DNA from: a virus
Reading direction: 5' to 3' (one strand)
DNA length: 64,000 nt
IMG/VR virus record: IMGVR_UViG_3300046373_000069
Coordinates: 29,610 to 93,609 of that record
The position numbers and the translations under genes were made by a program. The notes below the pieces were generated by a model. The model was not told where the DNA came from. It saw nothing but the letters and a program-made list of their open reading frames with translations, and searched no databases. Positions within the stretch are counted from its first letter, which is position 1. The number at the start of each line of letters is the position of its first letter. Of the stretch, positions 40,489 to 49,237 are shown one piece after another.

Positions 40489-41040
40489 TGTGTTCCTTAT
40501 TTAAATCGGTTCTTAACCCACTGCTTAGCAGCTTCATTAACTTGCGGAGAACGCCTATTCTTAAACCCTCTGCCGCCTATCCCTACCCACCTTTTACGCT
40601 CGGAAGGTTGGCATTTCCATACTAAGGCTTTGCAGCCATTTAAGAAGAACTGGCATGCCCTTGTAAGCGTAGTTCGTATTGTACTCCACATGCTCGCCAT
40701 TTCCTAGGTTTATTTCGTTCTCATTTACAACAACCTGCATGTCGTCCAACTGGTCAATCATTACGTCGAAGCGCTGGCTGGGTGCTATGCTGATCGTTGC
40801 ATCTCCGAAGCAAGTTATTGCAAGTGGTGTGCGGGGCATGGGGGTGGTGATTGCCCAAGTCATTAGTCGAATACCACGTGCTGCCACCCTTCGGTGCCGA
40901 AATAATCCTCCTGGTCCCCCTCATCAAGCAAGCTCTCCATAATAGAAAGCGTGGTGAAGAAGCTTGCTCGCATTTCTTCCGGTAGCGGCGCACCTGCCAA
41001 GATCATGCCCGTGCAACGGTTGTATTCTTTTTCAGTCATT

Positions 41041-41997
41041 TTATTTCCCCACGTTAGTTAAACTGTTGTGTTTACTATGTTCCGAGACATTCTTGCGAGT
41101 CCGGTTCATTTTCCCACACGAGTTACACTTCAGCACGTTGTACTCAGAAGTGCCAGTGAAGTATTTCTTCTCAATGGTCGTCAAGTCTTCGCTTCCACAG
41201 CACACACAACGCGGCTTGCCAGCAGGTGTATACAGTGCAACGTTCGGGTGAGTCTTGCTCCAATGGCGCAGGCGCATGTACACTTCCTCTAGCACCACCA
41301 CGTCCTGAACGTTGTACTCCAACATTTCGTTGAACGCTTCCTCTTCCATCGCCATGCAGCGCGTCCAGAGTTCAAAGCCGCTGTGACTCATCTTGCGAGG
41401 AAGGCCCAAGTATGCGGCAATACTGTCCAAACTGTTGCTCGGAAAGCGGAACTCAGCCTTAGCGATACGGAGCGTATCAACAATCTTACTAGGGCTTGGG
41501 GGCGTCATGCCAAGGGCCACCATGCGAGTTTTGATAAGCGGGATATCAAATTTTTGTGCATTGTGGGCCACTACCAAGTCTGCTTGGTTCATCAGCTCGG
41601 CAAGCTCCCGGACAAGCTGCTCATCGTCCCCTGCTTCAACAATACGGTTGGAGACAATAGTGCTAGCGCCGAGCCATTTGGCAGAGTAGGTCAGCAGGTA
41701 GCCTTCATGCACAACTTGCTTTTGGCTCACATTGTTGTCCCAGCGACCCCACACGTATGCGCAGGTCGGAGCACACTCGATGTCCAACAGCAAAATCTTG
41801 GCACCCTCTGGCACACGGCCCGGAGTCGGCTCGACAGCCACTTCAGTAAACTGAGAGTATTTGCGCAAGAAGTCGAGCACAGTGCTGCGAGCTTTGCCAA
41901 CCGTCTTGGCGATAGTGCGACGACTCTCAGTGGTATTGCGCATCATGTCAATTGCGGTAAGCTGCCAAGGTTTGTAGCCGTAGTTAGTAGTCGTCAT
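41041..41997 (-). CDS. DEDDy 3'-5' exonuclease (RNase_H_2-like) with N-terminal HTH and C-terminal Zn ribbon
   Basis: LLDIEC, AHNAQKFD, YNVQDV; SRRTIAKTVGKARSTV; two CxxC. Confidence 0.8.
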   Translation of the reverse strand: MTTTNYGYKPWQLTAIDMMRNTTESRRTIAKTVGKARSTVLDFLRKYSQFTEVAVEPTPGRVPEGAKILLLDIECAPTCAYVWGRWDNNVSQKQVVHEGYLLTYSAKWLGASTIVSNRIVEAGDDEQLVRELAELMNQADLVVAHNAQKFDIPLIKTRMVALGMTPPSPSKIVDTLRIAKAEFRFPSNSLDSIAAYLGLPRKMSHSGFELWTRCMAMEEEAFNEMLEYNVQDVVVLEEVYMRLRHWSKTHPNVALYTPAGKPRCVCCGSEDLTTIEKKYFTGTSEYNVLKCNSCGKMNRTRKNVSEHSKHNSLTNVGK

Positions 41998-42182
41998 AGA
42001 TTCCTTAAGTTAGCCTTCATACTTCTTGTTGTACAGCGAATCAATTACTAGAGTGCTGCTTGCAGCTTTCATAACAGTCCGCCCCTCAGCGTAATCCTCC
42101 CGCAGCCCCTTCACCTCTGCCAAGATTTCTCCCAGCACCGCTAAGAGGCTGTTGACATGAATACGCATCTCGTAGCCATTCA

Positions 42183-42392
42183 TCAAGCTACTCCTTTCTT
42201 GTAGTCGTAGGCTGCTTGCAGGGCTTTGATTAACTTTGGGATGTCCTCGTAGAAGAACAAGGAAATCTCACATCCGTCCTCATAAATAGCCTGTACACAA
42301 GATTCTCCAAGCTTTACACACTCAATGTTCCCATGCCTGTTCTCATAGCTAAATCCAGAAACAGTCTCCTCCGCATCAACGCGCTTAAACAT
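42183..42392 (-). CDS. Hypothetical protein
   Basis: 69 aa ending EDIPKLIKALQAAY. Confidence 0.55.
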   Translation of the reverse strand: MFKRVDAEETVSGFSYENRHGNIECVKLGESCVQAIYEDGCEISLFFYEDIPKLIKALQAAYDYKKGVA

Positions 42393-43239
42393 TCTTCATC
42401 TCCTCAGTAAGTGCAATGACACTTTCCATTGCGATTGCCAAGTCTTCATAAGCCTGACGGAGCCGCTCTACAGCTTCCACAGCAGCGTCCGTGTCAGCCG
42501 TGATGGTGAGTTTAGCATCAACAACCTTCCCAGGAATGTTGAGATTCTTTGCTTTAATAGTCGTGCCAGTGAAGCCGCAATCCACCAAAACGCTGCTATC
42601 CAGAAACGCTTTATACCAAATATACCCGTCAAACTCCAGCACCTGAGATTTACCATCCTTCGTAGCAAGCAAAACTTGATCACCCTTCACAGGCTCACCA
42701 TAACCCGCTTCAATTAGTGCATCGTAAGCCGTCGTGGACGGCCACGCGTTTTCAGCAACCATTCGAGTAACAAGAACTTTGCGGCGCGGCTCTTGCGGCT
42801 TCTCCCCTACACGCTTCACAATCCACTTGCCTTCCTTAACTAGACGCTTGCAATCTTTAATCGTCCAGAAAGCAATGTCCTCTTTCTTTAACCCCGTACC
42901 GGTATTTTCGTGCCAGATTACATCCACAAACGATGGGTCGGCGCTCTTAGTAATTACAAGGTATCGACTAGGGTACGTCACAGCGTCGTCACGATGTTTA
43001 GCAATGATAGGAAACACAAGCTCAGGCTCGTCCAAATCCTTCGTAATAATCCAGTTGCCACAGTTGATTGCTTCTTGGACGAATTGTTGAGAGTACACCG
43101 CAGGCAAGTTGAAGGCGTCTTCCAGACAAGTTCGAGCTTCGCAGGAATACTTTCCATCGGACCCACACTGCGTCAAGACAAACTTGTTGCTGGGGTAGTT
43201 ATTAATGCACATTTCAAACTTCTTTGGTAGCTTCTTCAT
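42385..43239 (-). CDS. Hypothetical multi-module protein
   Basis: 284 aa; two G.WI motifs; overlapping starts and stops with neighbours. Confidence 0.6.
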   Translation of the reverse strand: MKKLPKKFEMCINNYPSNKFVLTQCGSDGKYSCEARTCLEDAFNLPAVYSQQFVQEAINCGNWIITKDLDEPELVFPIIAKHRDDAVTYPSRYLVITKSADPSFVDVIWHENTGTGLKKEDIAFWTIKDCKRLVKEGKWIVKRVGEKPQEPRRKVLVTRMVAENAWPSTTAYDALIEAGYGEPVKGDQVLLATKDGKSQVLEFDGYIWYKAFLDSSVLVDCGFTGTTIKAKNLNIPGKVVDAKLTITADTDAAVEAVERLRQAYEDLAIAMESVIALTEEMKNV

Positions 43240-43766
43240 TGTGAGTCCTTTACGATAGTTGTGATTGCATCCTTACGCTTGGCCGCATTTGTCAGCGTAG
43301 AGACATTGTAGCCCGCTTTTTGAGCTATGGCAAGAATCTTTTCTTTTGGTAATTTCATAATACGAGCAACCTCCTTAGCAACGATAGCATCAGCTTCACT
43401 AACGTTATATTTGCTCTGATACGTCTTCACATCGTGGCACACATGGCAAAGCACAGCTAACCCTTCCTTGCCACAAAACAACCTTGCCATGAAGCCCTGC
43501 ACATCCTCCCACGAGGCCAGCTTGCCACAATCGATAGTGTGGTCAACAGCTACGTTCTTGGCACTCTCAAGCGTCCCGCACTTAGCACACTCATAGCACA
43601 CCTTCTGCTTCTTGTTAGGGCCACTGTAGGGGCGCTTGGCTGCTGCAAGGGCCTCGTAGATAGGGGGATACCTGCGAGACATGCTGCGAAGGCCCGAGCG
43701 CAACCATGTCCAGAACTTCTTCTCGTCAAAGACAGCTTTCTTAGCAGGCTTCTTACGTGTTGCCAT
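43236..43766 (-). CDS. HNH endonuclease
   Basis: CAKC...VAVDH...VLCHVCHDVKT. Confidence 0.8.
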   Translation of the reverse strand: MATRKKPAKKAVFDEKKFWTWLRSGLRSMSRRYPPIYEALAAAKRPYSGPNKKQKVCYECAKCGTLESAKNVAVDHTIDCGKLASWEDVQGFMARLFCGKEGLAVLCHVCHDVKTYQSKYNVSEADAIVAKEVARIMKLPKEKILAIAQKAGYNVSTLTNAAKRKDAITTIVKDSQ

Positions 43767-44150
43767 TACTCGTAAATCCCCACAGCCAGCCTTAAAGCTT
43801 CCCTCACAGTGAATCCTTGTGCCCGGAAACAGTCATACTTGATCTTGTACTCCTTGGCAAGCTGCGTGTAATGCTCCTTGTGAAGCACTGGAGAGAACGC
43901 CTCTTGTGCTTGCTTCACCAACACTGCCAGTTTTGCTTGTTCGTTTTCCATGTCGCTCATTTTGTGTTATCCATAATGGTTAGCAGGCCAGCTGCAAGTT
44001 TGTTGTCGAGATAGCTCTTAGGCTTCTGAAAAACTTCCATGAAGTCGTTCTCGTTACTGAACACCACTTGTCCTCCTACGATGTGGTTGACACGGAATGT
44101 GCCGAACAAGGAGCCGCTGGCTGAGCGGAAGATTGTGTTTTCAGTTAGTG

Positions 44151-45242
44151 TCATTTGTAGTTCACTCCAAGTTTATCCATCACTGCACGTACATCTGTAG
44201 GCTGCTCATCGACTGTCCGAAGCATCTTAGCCATTGTAAAGCACTCCTGCATTACGTACACGGCGTCAATCTCAACCGGACCTTTGCAACCCTCTACGAC
44301 CTTCTTCTCCGGGTACAAGTGCTTGAAGATTCTTACAAGCGCCTCAAAAGCCTGCTTATCGTTAGTGCAATCCTTAAGTTCCTTGTATGCGCTCTTCGGC
44401 CCCCACTTCTTGTCTGAGAAACAGTTAGCACAGTAGTTATCACTGCTGTCTTCACTACCTACTTGTTGGTAAAGCCACAACCTACCTTGGCCTTTAACTT
44501 CTCCCTTGTCGTTGATCCAGAGCTTGCCGAAGCCTTCAATCAAACGAGGTGCAGTGTCTTTGTTAGGATTGAACCACCAACCTGTGCAACCGTCGCTATC
44601 CTTATCTTCAGCTATTCCTATAACCTTATCACAATCCTTCCTACCTCCTGCCACCCACTTATTATACCCGTCCAGCACTGCAATGGCTACGTGGTCATCT
44701 GCTTCGAGCTTTGTAACAAGCGTCGTGCTGTGGCGTTGGCAAACATAATCTTTCATCTTTTTAAGGAGCAGAGGCTTCATAAGCTCGTCCCTGTCTTTGT
44801 ACTTAAGGAGTGTGCAAAGATCATGGCGGAACACGTCTCCAGTACCCGTGAATGCCTCATACTGATCGGTGCCTAGTTTCTGGCAGATGCTCTTCACCTT
44901 GTCGTCCAGAATCTTCTTAGCACCGTCCCAAGGGCTGATAAAGTAGTCTAAGGCGTCGTTCTGCTCTTTGGTGAATGGGTCAATGCCTTTAATCTTAAAG
45001 GGACGCGGTCGTTGGCCCTCAACAATCTCGAAGTCTGCCGGCTTCCAGTAGTCGTTGCCTAGCTTTGCATTCTCTTCGGCAATCCATCCACCGGCCTTCT
45101 TGCTGTGGTGGCCCCACAATTCTGTCTTGTTTGCAAACTCCATCTTGCGACCTGTTGGGACATGCGTAGCAACGATGAAACGTTCCTCAGCAACGCTGAC
45201 AGCATCGAAGATAATGAAGTCAATATCGAATACTAATTTCAT
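44151..45242 (-). CDS. 5'-3' exonuclease (T7 gp6/T5-like)
   Basis: FDIDFI, FRH....YK, LEADD, EDKD, DSSDNY, WGPKSA. Confidence 0.85.
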   Translation of the reverse strand: MKLVFDIDFIIFDAVSVAEERFIVATHVPTGRKMEFANKTELWGHHSKKAGGWIAEENAKLGNDYWKPADFEIVEGQRPRPFKIKGIDPFTKEQNDALDYFISPWDGAKKILDDKVKSICQKLGTDQYEAFTGTGDVFRHDLCTLLKYKDRDELMKPLLLKKMKDYVCQRHSTTLVTKLEADDHVAIAVLDGYNKWVAGGRKDCDKVIGIAEDKDSDGCTGWWFNPNKDTAPRLIEGFGKLWINDKGEVKGQGRLWLYQQVGSEDSSDNYCANCFSDKKWGPKSAYKELKDCTNDKQAFEALVRIFKHLYPEKKVVEGCKGPVEIDAVYVMQECFTMAKMLRTVDEQPTDVRAVMDKLGVNYK

Positions 45243-45250
45243 ATGCCTCC

Positions 45251-45287
45251 AAAGGAAAAGCCCTGCAACCTTTTGGGTCACAAGGCT
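45251..45287 (-). terminator. Terminator after ssb
   Basis: AGCCUUGUGACC/GGUUGCAGGGCU stem plus UUUCCUUU on the - strand. Confidence 0.65.
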
Positions 45288-45301
45288 CGTATTAACTCAA
45301 A

Positions 45302-45949
45302 TCAGAAAGGGCTCTCAAGTGGCTCATCGTCCTGCACCTTGGCAGGCTTCTTAGCCGCCGCAGGCTTAGCATCCGTCTGCTTGACAACAGGCTTCTGGTT
45401 AGCAGGAGCTTCTGCCAGCTTGACACTACCAAACACAGTGGCAGCAGTTTCAGCAACTTCGCCATCACCACCATCTCCCTCTGGCACATACTCAATCAGG
45501 TCTTCCACCAAAATAGCAACCAGTTGAGCAGTGAGCTTGTTACCTTCTGGCGTCGGAGCATTGTAGGTGCTGTACGCAAGCTTGCCACGACTGCCATTTG
45601 CAACCAATTTTTCAAATGTGATATCGACATTCTCACCGTCAATCACTTGGAACACGCGCGGACGGAACTTCTCAGGCAGGTCCACACCATTCTTACTAAT
45701 CATCTTCTTGACCGTGATAACATATTGCTTCTTTTGGTCAGCGAATGGTGGTTCCATCTTGTACTTCTCCTTGAATGCGTCGTTCTTAAGAATCTTAACC
45801 GCATTGTTCGGGCAGTTCTCCATCCAAGTGTCAGCGTCATCTTCCGAGACGATACATGCAACACTTACCTCCGTGTTCTCTTTCTTGATTGCCAGAACAG
45901 GCGATTGAATTTTGCAGTATGCGAAGTACACGTTGTCGATAGTTGCCAT
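45302..45949 (-). CDS. ssb: Single-stranded DNA-binding protein (T7 gp2.5-like)
   Basis: LVANGSRG, LVAILVEDLIEY, acidic tail ending DDEPLESPF; next to the exonuclease. Confidence 0.7.
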   Translation of the reverse strand: MATIDNVYFAYCKIQSPVLAIKKENTEVSVACIVSEDDADTWMENCPNNAVKILKNDAFKEKYKMEPPFADQKKQYVITVKKMISKNGVDLPEKFRPRVFQVIDGENVDITFEKLVANGSRGKLAYSTYNAPTPEGNKLTAQLVAILVEDLIEYVPEGDGGDGEVAETAATVFGSVKLAEAPANQKPVVKQTDAKPAAAKKPAKVQDDEPLESPF

Positions 45950-45983
45950 TGTTTATTTTCCTATTTATCTATGAAGGATTGTT

Positions 45984-46017
45984 GCACAGTGCATTTGCTC
46001 AGCCGCTGTGCCGACTA
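45984..46017 (-). promoter_or_regulatory. H-type RNA pseudoknot in the ssb leader
   Basis: Interleaved stems UAGUCG/CGGCUG and GCACAG/CUGUGC, 34 nt upstream of the AUG. Confidence 0.6.
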
Positions 46018-46066
46018 TTTGAGGAAAGCCCTCGAATTCTTTGTTACTAGACTTCCGTATGAAGTG

Positions 46067-46318
46067 TCAAGCGACGCCAATGCCCTCGTTCAAGATGCCT
46101 CCCCGCACAGTGTTACTTTTAGCGAGCACTTGAAACTTGTCGAACACGACATTGACCGCAACTTGCGCCGCAAACGCTGGGCCTTTCTCCGCGTACTCTG
46201 GATGCTGCTCAAGATGTTGTTTCACCAGTTGGCCTGCAAGATAGAACTCAGCCTCTTTGACGCTGTTAAACTCAATACCGTTACAAACGTACTTTGAAGG
46301 CTTCTTATAGATATTCAT
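46067..46318 (-). CDS. Hypothetical protein
   Basis: 83 aa; RBS AAGGA. Confidence 0.55.
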   Translation of the reverse strand: MNIYKKPSKYVCNGIEFNSVKEAEFYLAGQLVKQHLEQHPEYAEKGPAFAAQVAVNVVFDKFQVLAKSNTVRGGILNEGIGVA

Positions 46319-46593
46319 TATGTTTCCTTAAAGTTTAAATGTACACAGCCAGTACGGGCATATATTGTACGATGCACTTGCTTACACGCCTTCGTACAGG
46401 CGCTTACTAATCAGTATTAAATACTCACCCAGCTATCCCTGCCCCACAACACAAAGCCCGCCTCGACAGCCGCTCCCAGCGCTAATATGCAGCCCCAAGG
46501 AATTTCGCCAGATAGAAATTGCAACGTGGCCCCTGCTGTGAATATTACGACGCCTAAGAGGTTCAATGCTTTCAGCATTTTGTGCGCAGCCTA

Positions 46594-46860
46594 TTACATG
46601 AAGCTCTTCAGGATGAAGCCCACCAGCAGTGCGAACAGTGGCTTGAACCACATAACACCTTGGATAGCGTCTTCTTCCTTAAGCTTACGTGGCACCATAG
46701 TAGCGTACCTAGCAACCAGAATGATACCCAGTGCCACAGCAATGCCAATCGCAGGAAGGCCAAAAGTGCTCACGATAAACCAGCCCCACAGCACGCTAAA
46801 CACGTAGCCACTGAAGATGGCTGCACAGATGCTGTTGATGATATTAAGAATTGCTTTCAT
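46594..46860 (-). CDS. Small membrane protein
   Basis: LWGWFIV..FGLP motif; three hydrophobic segments. Confidence 0.6.
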   Translation of the reverse strand: MKAILNIINSICAAIFSGYVFSVLWGWFIVSTFGLPAIGIAVALGIILVARYATMVPRKLKEEDAIQGVMWFKPLFALLVGFILKSFM

Positions 46861-47112
46861 GTTTCTCCTCAGTTTGTTGTCCAGGCTTCTCATCAAGCTG
46901 GCTTGGCAGCAGATAGAACGTTTCCTTCCACCAGTCGCACAGCAGTAGCCATCCGATACGCAAGTCCATCATGTTATAGACCATCTTCGCCCCACACTTC
47001 GTAGTTGTCTTCCAATTCCTCTAGCCTCTCAATCTCTGCGTAGACCACGTTCAAGCGGTCACGGAGGGCGTACGCTTCGTCGTAGGCAGCTTTCATGCGT
47101 TCTCCAATTTCT

Positions 47113-47592
47113 TCAAGGCACATTCTCATTTTCATTCCAGTGTCGAAACTCGTTGATAAAATAGACCACCTTGTTAGCATCATACCCAATACTCGTGCCA
47201 TCCTTGCCCGTACCCTGAGAAGCGAGGTACATCCTCCGAGCAGCCTTCACAACATTCCCCAAGTCGAAGTCGTTGCCGAACACATGCCGGATAATGTCGC
47301 CCATCTCGCAGGAGAGTGTCTCGCCAGTTTTGTTCTTGATGGTGAGCTTGTAGTAGTCGGATGAGCCGCCGTCTGAGATTACTGAAGCACTCGCTCGGGT
47401 GATGTGAGCACCATTGATTAGTCGATAGGCCACAATCTCATAGTCTCGCCATGATCCGCGCTCCGTCGCGTTATGCTCCCAAGTGTATGGCTCAGCCTCA
47501 CCTTTCAGTGTATCTCCGTTGCGCAGTCGAATTTCCACTTCACCGACAACAGGGCACTCGCCTCCCTGCCACTCAATCCATTCATCACTCAT
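47113..47592 (-). CDS. Fusion of a small WIEW.GGECP domain with a DUF3310-like domain
   Basis: SDGGSSDYY...DII......F.LGNVVKA..R...K.....YD..K...F. Confidence 0.55.
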   Translation of the reverse strand: MSDEWIEWQGGECPVVGEVEIRLRNGDTLKGEAEPYTWEHNATERGSWRDYEIVAYRLINGAHITRASASVISDGGSSDYYKLTIKNKTGETLSCEMGDIIRHVFGNDFDLGNVVKAARRMYLASQGTGKDGTSIGYDANKVVYFINEFRHWNENENVP

Positions 47593-47618
47593 CTTATCTC
47601 TCCAAAGTTAATACGATC

Positions 47619-47647
47619 ATTGTACAGAAGAAACACAAGCTCGTCAA
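47619..47647 (-). promoter_or_regulatory. Sigma70 promoter
   Basis: TTGACG-17 bp-TACAAT. Confidence 0.7.
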
Positions 47648-47677
47648 CAACTTTCGACGTAGGAGAAATAACTTTCT

Positions 47678-48148
47678 TCAAATTAATGATTCTAGCTCTC
47701 TCTCAAACAACATCTCCGAAGCGCCCCCACCCATCGTTGCTGCCCAACCCTGCATCACTTCCCTCCTCATCCTGTACAGCATCCCCGCGTTCCAAGGGGC
47801 CAGCTTGCGCTCCCATAGCCACATGAGAATTTGCTCAGCGTTATATTTGCGCGTCTGTGAGCCATCTTCGTGTTTCTGCACAATACGCCCAACAGGGAAG
47901 CCTTTAGGCGGCTTACCAGACAAGCGAAGCTCTAGCATGTTCTTCTTCGCGCCATCGTGGCAGGAGGCGTTTGTAAGCACTAACACGCGGCACCTTTCAA
48001 CAATCTTGGCCCACTTGGCGAGGTCTGCTTCGGAGGGGGTGGGGATGTCTAACTGGACTCCCGTGTACCTACTCTTGAGCTTGTAGCCCTCTGGAGGACG
48101 CTTGTATTTGAGCTGATCATCTGGGAGTCGTGGGCGTCCTGTTGCCAT
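47678..48148 (-). CDS. Basic hypothetical protein, possibly DNA-binding
   Basis: 156 aa, N-terminal GRPR. Confidence 0.55.
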   Translation of the reverse strand: MATGRPRLPDDQLKYKRPPEGYKLKSRYTGVQLDIPTPSEADLAKWAKIVERCRVLVLTNASCHDGAKKNMLELRLSGKPPKGFPVGRIVQKHEDGSQTRKYNAEQILMWLWERKLAPWNAGMLYRMRREVMQGWAATMGGGASEMLFERELESLI

Positions 48149-48151
48149 ATC

Positions 48152-48511
48152 TCACCAGTCAATATCAATCACATAGTCACCCGCTGGTAGCAACCCCTTT
48201 ACGTGCAAGTCATTCGCCACCATCTGCACGTCTGGATAGAGGTTGCGTTTCCAGAAGATGTCTCGGTATTTGTCAGCAGGTGCCTCTAGCCACGCTGCAA
48301 AGCTAACCCCCATGTCCTCGCCGTTAATCGTGTAAGGAATCGAAGTGTCTTCATAGTCATACGCTTCGTCAGGCACAGTGATGTCAAACGTTCCGCGAGC
48401 TTTGCAGCCGTCTTGCTGCTGGAAGCTGTAGGGGCGTCCGTAGGTGGCTGTAACGAGGTCGTCCCAGTCGCTGTCACCAATCATTTGTACGGATTTAGTT
48501 TTAATCATCAA
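48152..48511 (-). CDS. Hypothetical phage protein
   Basis: 119 aa; YGRPYSFQQQDGC and terminal YVIDIDW. Confidence 0.6.
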   Translation of the reverse strand: MMIKTKSVQMIGDSDWDDLVTATYGRPYSFQQQDGCKARGTFDITVPDEAYDYEDTSIPYTINGEDMGVSFAAWLEAPADKYRDIFWKRNLYPDVQMVANDLHVKGLLPAGDYVIDIDW

Positions 48512-48632
48512 TCATCTCCATAATATTCAAATACAAGCATATCCATTTGCCTGCGGTATTCGTCGCCGTCAATCTCGTCAAGGTTGTGCCAATGAATAAT
48601 GGCGTCACGCTTAGCTGTGTATTCTTCGTAGG

Positions 48633-48791
48633 TCATTCGTAGTTTCCCGTGTCTTCGTCTGATACAGCCTCCCACCACTGCTGTTGCCAGCCCTGTATCC
48701 AATCTTCGTGAGCTTCTGAGCCTTCCTCGTAAGGATTGTCTTGTGCGCCGTCTAGGAAAGCTTGTTGTCCGAGTTCGTATGCTCCAGTCAT
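48633..48791 (-). CDS. 52-aa RMF/CrpP-like protein (not in the ORF track)
   Basis: MTGAYELGQQAFLDGAQDNPYEEGSEAHEDWIQGW...; overlaps both neighbours by ATGA. Confidence 0.55.
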   Translation of the reverse strand: MTGAYELGQQAFLDGAQDNPYEEGSEAHEDWIQGWQQQWWEAVSDEDTGNYE

Positions 48792-48988
48792 AGCAGCACC
48801 GCTTTCACTGTGTAGCCATACTCCTTAGCTTCCTGCGAGCTACCTGCGAAGTCGTCTCCATCGGGGTCTAGCCATACAACGCCGGGATAGCCAACCTTCT
48901 CAGGCGTCTGTCCGTGGTCATTGTAAGCGTACACTTCGAGTTCAGGATCGCGGAGTTGCAGGGCTGCGATTAGTTCGCGTACTTTCAT
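48788..48988 (-). CDS. Hypothetical protein
   Basis: MKVRELIAALQ..DPELEV N-terminus common in phage ORFs. Confidence 0.6.
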   Translation of the reverse strand: MKVRELIAALQLRDPELEVYAYNDHGQTPEKVGYPGVVWLDPDGDDFAGSSQEAKEYGYTVKAVLL

Positions 48989-49237
48989 TATTTAATCTCC
49001 AAGTCGGTGACAGAGCCTTCTAGTCCCTCAGCCAATTCTGTTAACATTTCGCGGATATAATCACGGTTAATGTGGAAGCCCTCTTCAAAGAAAGCTTCGG
49101 GTACGTCTAGAGTTACGTAAAGTTTAAGCTGGCACATCGTAGTGCTCCCGATAGTAAGCCTTTGCAGGCACAAAGTAGTAGCGTCCGTCTAGCTCGACAC
49201 CATCGTTGCTGTAGTCCCAGTTTTTCATGCTGCCTCC

